Of a DNA stretch of 64,000 nt, positions 11,675-25,600 are shown piece by piece. The DNA is from the human T2T-CHM13v2.0 reference genome, Homo sapiens, in assembly GCF_009914755.1 (NCBI RefSeq), contig NC_060948.1. One strand, 5' to 3'. The position numbers were made by a program, and so were the translations under genes. The notes beneath the pieces were generated by a model. That model searched no databases and had not been told where the DNA came from. It saw only the letters and a program-made list of their open reading frames with translations. Each line of letters starts with the position of its first letter. Position 1 is the stretch's first letter.

Positions 11675-14600
11675 CATAGTGCAGCAAGAATGTAACATCA
11701 CCTGGGTGCTGGATCCAGTGATGTCACAATTCTTATTGAGAGCACAGCCCAGGCGGAAGTGTCACATCACTTGAAAATTGGCCCAGGTAGATATCAAAAT
11801 TCCATATATAGGCTGGACCCAATCTGAAGAGTGAAATTACACAGGTGCTTGGGAAAGATTTATATCACATTCACAATGGAATTAAATTCTAGGAATTAGA
11901 TTTACAATGCCACACATGTCCTCTTTTTATGTAGGATAGTTGCTTTCATTCATCTTTGATGTTGAAAGCCCTTACTGTTATTTGGGTGTGCATATGAGAC
12001 TCATAGTTTTCTCTGTCTGCTAGGCATTATTATGACACTCTATATAACCCAAGGTTGTTATAAATTATGTGTGTTTGTTATGATTTTCTGTGAGCTTTTT
12101 ACCAGATGAAGGTCCTTAACATCACTCATGTCTCAAAATCTTGTGACAAAAGTCAAAATTTACCTTATTGCCTGGGTTCCCATATTAGAGTCATTATCAT
12201 GCCTGTTAGCTGTACCTAGGTAAATGTCATCATTACCTCTGTGGTTATTAAACAGACAGGACAGTCACATCACCTAAATTTTAAGTCAGAATTATTCCAA
12301 TATTCTCTTTGAAGGCAAGACACTAACAGAAAATTCACAAAACTTGGGTTTTAAGCAAAGCCCTATGGCATAATACCCCTGTGGAGAATGCCCAGGAAGG
12401 AGAGTAGAGTCATGTCACCTAAATCATGGCCCCAGAGATATGTCACAATGCCTCCTGTTGAAAAGGGCCCATGCAATAGAATTGTGTCATTTGGATCCAG
12501 TGCATAGAAATGCTAAAATCTTCACTAGAATCAGGATTCAGGCAGGAGAGGAGAGACACACAACCTAGAGGATGAATCCAGCAATATGTTATGATCCCTT
12601 CTGAGGACACTGTTAAAACATGAGAGTCAAATCATCACGCTTTTGTCCAGGTATATGTCAAAATGTCATCTGTTAGCTATAACTGAGTAGGATTATTAAA
12701 TCACTCAGGAGATTGGCAAAGGAAAGTGTCACAATAACACCTATAAAAAGTTTCAGGCTCCAGGTGCAATGGTCGTTATTAGGCCTTTGATCTGCTCTCA
12801 CATATATGACACAATATAACCTGTGAACATGGAGAAAAAAGGAAATTCTCATCACCTGAGTGGATGCTTGTCTAGTTGAATGTCACAATCCTTGCTGTGT
12901 ACAGGCCTCTAGAAGAAGAGTCACTTAACCCGGATGTTGGTTTCAGTGATATATCTAAAACCCCCTGTGGGCAGGGCTTAGGCAGGAGAGGACACAAACC
13001 TCACCTAGGCAATTGGCTTGGGTATATGTCACAATGGCCCCTATGTTTATGACCAAGGCAGGAGAGTGAACTCACCTTGTGCTGGTTTCACCTATATGTC
13101 ACCATCTCTCTGGTGGTCAGGGCTCAGTCAAGAGAGAAGAAACATCACCTAGGTGCTGAGCCAAGTGATATATTATACAGTTTTTATATTGGTAGAATCT
13201 ACCCCCTCCAAACAAAGGGTCCCATCACATGGGTGCAGTACCCAGTTATGTGTAACAATGCACTAGAAGTGCAAGGCCAAGGCAGTAGAAGGAAGTCACA
13301 TCACTTATATGATGGACCTTGATGAAAGCCACAGTGCTCTTTGTAGGCAAGCTTCCGGCCAAGGTTTTGCATCAGCTGGGTGCTTCTTTCAGGGATATGT
13401 AAAGATGTCCTTGGTCCCTCTGCCAAAGAAGATATCATATATTGCTTAGGTGCTTAGCACACATATGTCACAATCCGAACTGTGCTGTGGGCCTAGAAAG
13501 GAGATTCAAAACAGTCAGATACTGGGCAAAGTCATACTTCTAAAGCACACACTCGAAAATGTTCAGAAATACATTTCATAGTCCCACACAAGTCCTGCCT
13601 TCGGGTGTAAGAGTCAACATCTCCTGTGAGTTGGGTCGAAGTACAGACATCAGAGTCTCAACAATGGGCAAGATGCATGTATAAGAGCCCCAATCCCACT
13701 TGAAGATTGTGCTCCACTAGTAGATTCAAAGCACCACAGGCTTGCTGAATCATCGTTCAAATGCCACCAAACCAACTGCGGATCAGATTCATGTATGAGA
13801 GTTACAATTTTAAGATTTCAACTGCTTATGTGTGTGAAATTTAGTACCTCATTTGTAGGCTCTGTTTATGTATGAGAATGAAAATCGTGTCAGCTGGGTG
13901 TGCATCCAAGACTCAAAATAGCACCTGGTTGTTGGTGCCTGTTATGAAACTCTTTGTACCACTCATGATTTATGTGATATACCTGAGTAGCACAGTTTTC
14001 TCTGAATTGTTACAGGTGGGAGGTCTCAGAATTTATCCATGGCCATAAGACTGGCAACGAGAACCAAAATATCTCCCTTGGCTGCGTCAACGTTTGAAAG
14101 TTTTTGTTACACATATGAACTGATTTCATGAGTAAGTCCCAATTTTATGTTTGGGCAGAGACAAGACAGTAGAATCACATCATCTGGGTCCTTAGCCAGG
14201 CATACCTTATAATCTCCTCTGTAGGCACAACCCAGACCGGAGGCTTATATCACTTGGGTACAATCTCAAATAATATGTCATCATGCCCACTGTATACATG
14301 GTTGAAAAAATAGTGGATAGTCACACCTCCAGGTGCCATGTTCAACAACATATTAAAATTCCCTCTCTTGACAGAGTACATAACAAAGGGTACTGTCACA
14401 TCATCTAGGTTTTATACTCAGTGGTATGTCACAATTTCTTCAGTGGGCAGGATCCAGGCAGCAGAGGAGATTCGCTTTATCTAGATGTTGTATCTAGCAA
14501 TATGTCACAGTGTCCCCTGTGGGCAGGGCACTGGGAGGAGAGACACATCACCTACCTGATAGACCCAGAGATATGTGATAATATCCCCTGGTGCCAGGGT

Positions 14601-17331
14601 CCAAGCGGAAGAGTCACCTTTTCATCATTTTAACCCAGTGATGTGTCACAATGCACCCATGGTAAAGAATTTAAGCCGAAAATTCTCAACACCTAGGAGT
14701 ACTGGGCCTAGAGATATGACACAATCTCTTCATCTTTTAGGGTGACACCTTTAAGGGCTAGCTTGGTGTGTATGTGAGAGTCACAATCTCATGTGTTTTC
14801 TAGATCATCGTATGACACATTCTGCAGCATCCGAAGGCTTTATGCAACATGCATAAGAGTAGCAACCTACTCTAAGGCATACATGCTCGTATTGACTCAT
14901 AATCTTATATACTGCTTTAAACCCAGTTATGATAGTCAGCATCTCTCTTATAGACTGGGTTCAGATGGGAGACTGATTATTATGCCTGTGATCTGGGTCC
15001 AGAAATGAGCCACCATCTCATCTGTAGCAAGATCCATATATGAAAGTCAAAATTCCATCTTTGTTCTTTATTTACTTGTTATACTCAGTACTTTGACAGT
15101 GGCCTCTGTAAATGTGGGATGGTGATAACTTTTGCTCTCACCTGCATGTGAAACCAAGAATCATGATCTTAACCTTTTGCTGGGCCCTGTCCTAATAAGT
15201 TTATAGAATATGAGTTAGTGTTGTAACATTCTGTGAGTTTTGTACAAATATGCAACTCATAACCTTACCTATTGCCATAAGCATAGTGATGAGAGGCAAC
15301 ATATCTATTATTGGTGTAATCCCAATTAAAATTTGACCATCATCCCTCTGAATAGAAGGAATGTAAATTTAATAATCCAATTTGTAGGAAAAAACTTGAC
15401 AAGAAGGTAGCACAATTTAGGTATTGTGCCAAGCAATGTGTCACAATGCCCTCTCTAGGCAGGGTGTAGAAATGGGGGTTACATTAACTGGGTGCTAGAC
15501 CCAGCAATATAACACAATCCCGAATATGGAAGAAAAACAGATAAATCATGAGAGCAAACACACCTACAACATGGGACCAAGATATGCTAAAATACTTTCT
15601 GTTGCTGTGGCACAGGCAGGAACTTACATCATCGGGGTTGGGGGCCCAACTGTATGCCATAATTCTCTGTGAAGGACCAAGGCAGCAGAGGAACATCATC
15701 TGGGTGCTGGGCCCAGCAATATGTCAGAATTCCTTTTCACGGGCACAGTTTGGGAAAAAAGGAAGAGTCATATCTCCTAAGTATCAAGCTTAGCAATATT
15801 TCACATTACCTCATCGTAAAGTCTCTGGCAGAAAAGCAGGGTCACATCACCTAGGACAGGAGCTCAGATATATGGCCAAATATTCCAAGTAGGCAGGGCT
15901 CAAGCAGAAGAGAAGAGTCATAACACATATCATATAGGTGCTTCCCTAGGTATATGACACAGTCTTACATGTGGGGTGAAAGCAGGCAAAAGAGCTACAT
16001 CACGTTGATGCTGGATTCTGAGCTATCTCACAAGGTCCCCTTAGGACAGGACCCAGGCAAGAGAGTTAGAGCAAATAGGTGCAGTTTTTGCCCCTATGTT
16101 TCAATGCTCTATGTTGGCAGGACCCAGGCAGGGAGTCACATCACCTAAGTGATAGGGCCAGAGATATTTCACAATATCCCCCTGAGACTTGGCCCTGGTG
16201 AAAGAATAACAATACATTTGTGCCTAGCCTAGCAACATGTCACTATACAGGTAAGCATGACCCAAGCGGTAGAGCAAAATCCCCTATGTGAAGACCCAGA
16301 AATTTGTCATAATGCCCTTTTTAGGACATGGCCCTAGCAAAAGAGTATCATCAGCTTTGTGCCTGGCCCAACTGTATGTTACTGCCCCTGACAGTGCACA
16401 GGGACCATTCTAATGAGGAGATTTATGTGACCTAAGTTGTTGACACAGTGATATGTCACAGTGATTTCTGTAGGCAGGGCTCAGGCAAAAATGTAACATG
16501 ACCAGGGTGCTGGATCTAGTGGTATGTCATGATTCTTACTGACAGCAAGGCTCAGGCAGGACAGTCACATCACCTGGAGGTTATTCAAGGTACATATCAC
16601 AATTACATATGTGGGATGAAAAAAGTTTGGAGAGTCCAATCACAAGGTACTCGGCAAATATTTATCTCACACTTACAGAAAATTCCCAGGATGAGATTTA
16701 CAATCCCACACATATCCTGTTTTCAGGAGTGACATGTGGCTTCATATATATGAGATGGTGACAGTCTTTACTGCCAGCTGAGTGTGTGTATGAGACTCAC
16801 CATGCACTCTCTGTATTCTGTTATCACACTCTCTGTTGTATTCTGTTATTGCACTCTCTGTACAAGCCAAGGGCTTTATAAAATTTCTGAGGCTATTATA
16901 ATCTTCTGTGGCCTTTTTTTAAAGCAGAGAGATTCAATCACTCATGTTTCTAAAGCAAGTAGTGAGAGTCAAAATTACTCCTATTTGTGGGGTATGAGAG
17001 TCATTATTATGCCTGTGAGTTGTGCCTAGTTATATATCACAATTTACTCTGTGGTAATGAAGCAGGTGTGACTGCCAAGTCACCTAACTATTGAACAAGA
17101 ATTTTTCAAATATTCTACTTGTAGAAAAGTTCCTGGACGAAAAGTTGCATAACTTGGGGGTGTCAACCAGATGTATGACACAATGCCCCTTTTAAGCAGT
17201 GTCTAGGCAGAAGAGGAGAGTCATATAACTTAAATTATTGGCCGAGAGATGTGCAACCATGCCTTCTGTTGAAGGAACCAGTCAGGAGAGTCATGTCATT
17301 TGCATGCAGTGCTTAGAAATGCTACAATCCC

Positions 17332-17418
17332 CAAGGCAGAGGTTGCAATGAGCTAAGATCACACCACTGCACTCCAGCCTAGGTAACAAAAAAAGAAAGA
17401 AAAGAAAAGAAAAGAAAA
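17332..17418 (+). mobile_element. Severely 5'-truncated Alu (end of right arm plus A tail)
   Basis: ggcagaggttgcaatgagctaagatcacaccactgcactccagcct plus (GAAAA)n tail; perfect 15-bp TSD aaatgctacaatccc at 17317-17331 and 17419-17433. Confidence 0.93.
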
Positions 17419-20400
17419 AAATGCTACAATCCCTGTGGAAGCAGAGTCCAGGCAGAGGAGGCAAGGCAGGGAGACAGGTAACCTAGAAGATGGATTCAGA
17501 GACATGTTACAATTCTTCCTGGGGATATTGTTAAGACAGGAGAGTCAAATCACCAAGGTGAGCAGCTGAAATATATAGGTGAATCTCACTTGTGGACTAC
17601 ACCTTGGCAGGATTATTAAATCACTCAGGAGCTGGACAATTGTGTATGTCGCAATAACATTAGTGAAATGCTTCAGGAATGGGAGTCACCATATAGCATA
17701 TGACCTGGCTCCATATTTAAGAGTCATGATTAGTCAGTCCTCTTATCTCATCTCAGGTATATGTCACAACATCGGCTGTGAGTGGAGAGCAAGTGGGAAG
17801 GTCACATCACCTGGGTGGGTGCTGGTCCTGTGAGATGTCACAATCCATCTTGTGGGCAGGACTCTGAAAGAAGAATCACATCAACTGGATACTGTTTTTG
17901 GTGATATATCAAAATCCCACCTGTGGGAAGGGCTTAAGAAAGAGAGGAGGCTCACTTAACCAAGGCAGTTGGCATAGGTATATGTCACAATGGCTGCTGT
18001 GTGCAAAACCAAGGTAAGAAAGTGACTACACCTTGGTGCTGAGTTTATCAATATGTCACAATCTCCCCTGTGATCAGGTCGAGAGAAGAGAGGAGAAACA
18101 TGACCTAGGTGATGAGCAAAGTGATATGTTACAAAGCTTCTCACTGGCAGAACCCAAAAGGGAGAGTCACATCACTTGGGTGCAGAACCCAGTTGTGTGT
18201 TGCAATGCTCCATAAGTGCAGGGCCAAGGCAGGAGAAGGGAGTCACATCACTTACCTGATGGACCTAGATATCAGCCACAGTGCTCTTCTTGGGCAGCAC
18301 TCAGGCAGATAATTCAAATCACCTTGGTGCTGGTCCCAGTGATATGTAAAAGTGTAATTTGTAGGCAGGCCCAGGCACCTATGCTTAGGGGCATGGTCCA
18401 GGCATGTCACAATTTTATCTGTGGTTATGGCCTAAAAATGAGAGTCAAGTTATTCAGAAGCTGGGCTAACTTTTATGTCCTAATCACACACTAGGATATA
18501 TTCAGATATAAGTTTCACAGTCCCACACAAATCCCAGCTTTGTGTATGTGAGTCAACACCCCCTATGACTTGGGCCAAAGTAGAGGAGTCACAGTCTCAA
18601 CAGTGAGCATGATCCATGCATAAGATGCCCAATTCCACTTTAAGATTGTGTTCCAGGAGGGGAGTCACAGCTTCACAGGTGTGCTGAATCATGCATCACC
18701 AAAAGACCCGTGGACCAGACACATGTATGAGAGGAACAGTTTCAACCAGGGACAGCTGTTTTGTGTGAGATTTAGTACCTTATTTGTAGGGGCTATTCTT
18801 GTGAGAGAATGACAGTAGGATCAGCTGATCGTATGTACATGAGTCACAATAGCACTGGGTTACTGTCCCTGTTAGGACATCCTTTGTACCATTCAGGCTG
18901 TATATCATATGCCTGAGTGTCATAGTCCTCTGTGAACTTTATACAATTAGTAGACCCATTGCTTTACTTATGGCCATAAGACTGGTTAAGAATGTCAAAA
19001 TATCTCTTCTTTCTGGGTCTAGATATAACAGCTGTATTTGTGCATGTGAGCTGAACCCAGGTATATGTCACTATTTCTCCTGTGGGCAGAACCAAGGTAG
19101 GAGACTCTCATCACCAGGATTCTGAGCTGAGAATACATTATAATCTCTTCTGCAGGTAGTGCCAAGTCAGAAGAGTCATATCATCTGGGTGCAGCTTCAA
19201 GGTGTTAGACTCAACAATATTTAAAAATGTCCTCTGTTGGCAGACTCCAGAATAAAGAGCAGAGTTGCATTATTTAAATTTTGCATTCAGCACTATGTAC
19301 CTATTTCTTTAGAGCACAGGACCTAGGCAGGAGAGAGAAGTCACATTTCCTAAATGATACATTAAAAGATGTCATAATGTTCTTTGGGAGCAAAGCACAG
19401 GTAAAATTGACAAATCACCTAGTGGATAGGCTCATAGATATGTGACAATATCTCCTTTAGGCAGTGCCCTGGCAGAAGAGTCTCACAATGCACACACGGG
19501 AAACAATTTAAGCAAAAGTTTTAACACCTGGTTACTAGGTCCAGTGATATGACACAATCTCATTGACATAATATGTTATCGGAGCTCTTATACATGGATC
19601 CTGTCCACTGTTGAGATTGTGAGTCCTCTAGTTTAGCCTAACATAAATAGGATTGATTCACATATGTGAAACCAGGACTTGTGTGTGATGTGAAATTATT
19701 TCCAAACCTTTCTTAGCATGTGATTGGGACAGGTAACTTTGCCCAGCACATAAATAGCGGGACTCTCTTTTCTAGGCTCAGACCACAGATGAAATTGTGC
19801 CATATGTGGAACAAACATGAAAGCAATATATGATATCTTCCTTGACTCTGCCTACAAAGGTCACTTTAATATATTACTGAGACCATCACCCAGGTCATGT
19901 GAATTATCTGCCTGAAGCCTGCTTACAAAGACAATTGTGTTCTATATCTAGGTCCATCAGGTAAGTGATGTGACTCCCTTGTACTGCCTTGGCCCTGCAG
20001 TTACAGTGCATTGTGTCACATAACTGGGAACTTCATCCAGGGGATGGGATTCTCCTTTTTGCATTCTGTCAACAGGAAACCTTGTAACGTATCACTTGGC
20101 TCAGAACCTAAGGTGATGTTTCTTCACTTTTGCCTGTGCCCCAGCCACAGGGAGATTGTGACATATTGCCAAACCCACTGACCAACGTAAGGTAACTCTC
20201 CAGCCTTGGCACCGTACATAAGGGCCATTGTGACATATGTCTAGGCCAATTGCCTAGGTTAATTGAGTCTCCTCTATTTCCAAAGTCATGTTTACAAGGA
20301 GGTTTTTGTCACTGAAACCAGCATCCAGGTGATGTGACTCTTCTGCAAAGGTCCTGTCCACAAGGTGGATTGTGATATCTCACTGGAGCCACAGCCACTT

Positions 20401-22668
20401 ATGTGATGTGACTTTCTTGCATTCTCTCTGACCAGAGGTGATATTGTGCCATATACCTGAAACCATAACAAAAGCCTAGTAACAGCTTATATACCTGAAG
20501 CCAGGATATGTTCAGGAGAGTTATTCTTATTCTTAAACGTTTCCGCAAGTGTAATCATGACATAAACCTTTGCACTGCTCCTGAGTGATTTAATAATTCT
20601 GCCTAGGTATCACCCACAAATGAGGTTTTGTCAAATGCCTGGGCCAAGCACCTTGGTGATTTGACTCTTGCTGTCTTAACAATGTCCTCAGGGGATATTG
20701 TAACATATTTCTGGACACATCACCTAGGTTACATGACTCCCCTCTCCTGCCTGTACCCAGCTCGCTTTGGTAATTGTAGCATTTCTAAACACTATATCCA
20801 AATGATATGACTCGTTTTTCTGGGCCCTGTCAACATTAGTCATTGTGACATATTTTTGGGGCCAACATTTAGGTGATATGACTCTCCTCTTCTGTCTGGA
20901 CACTACCCACAAGGGACATTGTGCCACAGAGCTGGATTTAGCACAGAAATTATGTGAGATTTCTGACAGGACCCTGCCTACAAAGAGAATATTGGAATAT
21001 GTACAGTCCAGCATTTAGGTGATATGACTATTCTTCCTGCTTTATAACCACAGAGAATATTGTAACAGATACCTAGGCATGACTCACAGGAGTGATAATG
21101 ACTCTCATATGTGTACTCAGCCTATAGAGAATATTTTGACACTTATAACTAGATTTAGGGACATGCATGATGTCCTGTATCGCCTTCTTCTACAAAGGTC
21201 ACAAAAGATTACAACATTCACATGTATTTTCCAAAGTCTTTGGGTTATACAGACAGAGTCAAAGCAGGGCTCAGCACACAGCTGAAATTGTGAGTCTTGT
21301 ATGCACACCCAGCTGACAGAAAGGACTGGATGGAAGGACTGGACACAGGTGAAATTGTGACATATACCTGAAAAAGCATCTAGGTGTTATGACTCTTTAT
21401 TTCTGCCTGAGTATTGCCTACTTGTGGCATTGGGCCATATCTTTGAGCCCATGACCTAAGTGATGTGAGTCTCTTATTCTGTCTAAGCCTTTACAATGAG
21501 AAGATTGTGATGTGTTGATGAGCCCAGCAATTAGGTAATGTGACTCTCATCATGTTGCCAAAAATTGCCTACAAACAGGACTTTTGCTGTAGTTCAGGGC
21601 CCCACACCTGGATTCTGTTACACTTATTCCTAGGTCGTGCATAAAGAGGGAATTTCAGCATATTTCTGGGCCTAGCACACTAATGATGTGACTCTCCAGC
21701 CTGTGCCAGAGCCAGAGCAGGTATTTTGATATACCTTTGGCCCATTTCCATAGGTGTTTTGAGTCTCCTTATTTTGCTGGGTTTCTTCTATGTGAAGTTG
21801 TGTTATATTGCTGGCTCCAGAGCCCAATTATTGTGACCCTCTTTCCTAAGACCTGCATAGACAAGGCATTGTGTCATACTTCTTGCCACAACACCTAAGT
21901 GATATCAACCTCCTGCCGATTTTTTTTGCCCACAAATTTGATTATAACATATACCTTTCTTCAGTTCAAAAGCATGATGATCATGCTTCTATTGGGATTC
22001 AGCCAGTACGAGACGTTTTGCCTTTCATGACTAGGTTTAAGTCAGTAGGTAAAGCCTTTAATTGCATATGTGAACAAGCTCACAGAATTTTACAACAATA
22101 ACTCATCTCACAAAAACTTTTTAGGTGGTAGAGAATTTTATAACAGGGTCCAGAAAAATGTTAGTATCATGATTTTACACAACACGTTCATGTGAAAGTA
22201 AAAGTTATTACCATCCTGCGTTTACAACGTTCATTGTTGAGGTCCTCAATCTAATAAGTAAACACAGCACAAAGATGAAATTGTAATTTTTATCAAAGAA
22301 TCTGGCCACAGGTGGGATGGTCACTCAGTTCTGGACCCAGCTCACAAACCCAATAATGCTGTCATCCTTGAAGCCAGCATATAAGAGAGATGTTGACTGT
22401 CATATCTGAGTTTAGTGCAATATGTAAGATCGTGAGTCCATATAAGCATGTAGGCCTCAGTGAGGTTTCAACTCTCATGCATGTTATATAAAGTTCTCAG
22501 ATGTTGTATAGAGTGTCATACTATGGCCAGCACCCATGTGAGTTTGTGACTGACATATACACAACTAGGTAATAGTTAATGGTGTCACCCTTATAGTTGA
22601 GGAGACTGTGTCATATCCTTCACCTGGCACCCCAGTGTTGAGACTTTTTGGTTTAAATTCTTTTCCAG

Positions 22669-25600
22669 GGAGGAGCTTCCAAGATGGCAGAATAGGAACA
22701 GCTCCAGTCTGCAGCTACCAGTGTGAGGAATGCAGAAGGTGGGTGACTTCTGCATTTCCAACTGAGGTACTAAGTTCATCTCACTGGGGCTTGTCAGACA
22801 GTGGGTGCAGCCCACAGAGCAGGGAGGGGCATTGCCTCACCTGGGAAATGCAAGGGATTGGGGAATTCCCTTTCCCAGCAAAGGGAAGCCGTGACTGATG
22901 GTACCCAGAAAATTGGGTCATGCCCACCCTAAAACTACATTTTTCCACTGGCCTTAGCAAATGGCACACCAGGGGATTACATCCCGTGCCTGGCTCAGAG
23001 GGTCCCCTGCCCATGGAGCCTCACTCACTGCTAGCATAGCAGTCTGAGATTGAGCTGCAAGGTGGTAACAATGCTGGGGGAGGGTGATCTGCCATTACTG
23101 AGGATTCACTAGGTAAACAAAGTGGCAAGGAAGCTTGGACTGGGTGGATCCCACCTCACCTCAAGGAGGCCTGCCTGCCTATGTAGACTCCACCCCTGGG
23201 GGCAGGGCATAGATGAACAAAAGGTAGCAGAAACTTCTGCAGACTTAAACATTGTTGTCTGACAGCTTTGAAGAGAGTAGTGGTTCTCCCAGCACAGAGT
23301 TTGAGATTTGAGAATGGACAGACTGGTACCTGAACCCCGAGTAGCCTAAGTGGAAGACACCTCCCAGTAGGGGCCACCTGACACCTCACACAACTGGGTG
23401 CCCCTCTGAGTTGAAGCTTCCAGAGGAATGATCAGGCAGCAATACTTGCTGTTCGGCAATATTTGCTGTTCTGCAGCTTCTGCTGGTGATACCAAGGCAA
23501 ACAGGGTGTGGAGTGGGCCTCCAGAAAACTCCAACAGTCCTGCAACTGAGGGTCCTAATTGTTAGAAGGAAAATTAACAAACAGAAAGGACATCCACACA
23601 AAAACCCCATCTATACATCAGCATCGAAGAACAAAAGTAGATAAAACCACAAAGATGGGGAGACACCAGAGCAGAATAGCTGAAAATTCTAGAAATCAGA
23701 GTGCCTGTTCTCCTCCAAAGGAATGCAGTTCCTCACCAGCAATGGAACAAAGCAGGATGGAGAATGACTTTGACGAGTCAAGAGAAGAAGGCTTCAGATG
23801 ATTGGTAATAACAAATTTCTCTGAGCTAAAGGAGGATGTTCGAACCCATCGCAAAGAAGCTAAAAACTTTGAAAAAAAGATTAGATGTATGTCTACTAAA
23901 ATAAACAGTGTAGAGACGTCCCTAAATGACCTGATGGAGCTGAAAACCATGACATGAAAACTATGTGATGCATGTACAAGCTTCAGTAGCCAATTCTGTC
24001 AAGTGGAAGAAAGGATATCAGTGATTGAAGATCAAATGAATGAAATAAAGCAAGAAGAGATGTTTAGAGAAAAAAGAGTAAAAAGAAATGAACAAAGCCT
24101 CCAAGAAATATGGCACTACATGAAAAGACCAAATATACATCTGATTGGTGTACCTGAAAGAGATGGGGAGAATGGAGCCAAGTTGGAAAACACTCTGCAG
24201 GATATTATCCAGGAGAATTTCCCCAATGTAGTGAGGCAGACCAACATTAAAATTCAAAAACATACAGAGAATGCCTAAAAGATACTCCTCGAGGAGAGCA
24301 ACAACAAGACAAATAATTGTCAGATTCACCAGAGTTGAAATGAAGGAAAAAATGTTAAGGGAGCCAAAGGAAAGGTCAGGTTACCCAGAAAGGCAAGCCC
24401 ATCCGACTAACAGTGGATCTATTGGCAGAAACTCTACAAGCCAGAAGATAGTGGGGGCTAATATTCAACATCCTTAAGGAAAATAATATTCAACCCAGAA
24501 TTTCATATCCAGCCAAATAAAGCTTCATAAGTGAAGGAGAAATGAAATCCTTTACAGACAAACAAATGCTGAGAAATTTTGTCACCACCAGGTCTGCCTT
24601 ACAAGAGTTCCTGAAGGAAGCACTAAACATGGAAAGGAACAACTGGTACAAGCCACTGCAAAAACATGTCAAATTGTAAAGACCATCAATGCTACAAAGA
24701 AACTGCATCAACTAATGAGCAAAATAACAAGCTAACATCATAATGACAGGATCAAATTCACACATAACAATATTAACCTTAAGTGTAAATGGGGTAAATG
24801 TTCCAATTAAAAGACACAGACTGGCAAATTGGATAAAGAGTCAAGACCCATCAGTGTGCTGTATTCAGGAGACCCATCTGACGTGCAGTGACACACATAG
24901 GCTCAAAATAAAGGGATGGAGAAAGATTTACCAAGCAAATGAAAAAAAAAGAAAAAGAAAACAAAAACAAAAACAGGGGTTGCAATCCTAGTTTCTGATA
25001 AAACAGACTTTAAACCAACAAAGATCAAAAGAGACAAAGACGACCAATACATAACGGTAAAGGGATCAATTCAATAAGAAGAGCTAACTTTACTAAATAT
25101 ATATGCATCAAATACAGGAGCAGTCGGATTCATAAAGCAAGTCCTTAGAAACCTACAAACATACTTAGACTCCCACACAGTAATAATGGGAGACCTTAAC
25201 ACCCCACTATCAACATTAAACAGATCGAGACAGAAAGTTAAAAGGATATCTAGGAATAGAACTTAGCTCTGCACCAAGTGGACCTAATAGACATCTACAG
25301 AACTCTCCACTCCAAATCAACAGATATATATTCTTCTCAGCACCACATCAAACTTAATCCAAAATTGACCACACAGTTTTAAGTAAAGCACTCCTCAGCA
25401 AATGTAAAAGAACACAAATTATAACCAACTGTCTCTCAGACCACAGTGCAATCAAGCAAGAAGTCAAGATTAAGAAACTCACTCAAAACCGCTCAACTAC
25501 ATGGAAACTGAACAACCTGCTTATGAATGACTACTGGGTACATAACGAAATGAAGGCAGAAATGAAATGTTCTTTGAAACCAGTGAGAACAAAGACACAA

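Noticed and set aside
16805-16862. Short local duplications (also ~4206-4237, ~21322-21342, ~45772-45792, ~52572-52580)
   Set aside because: Typical slippage events with no further structure.
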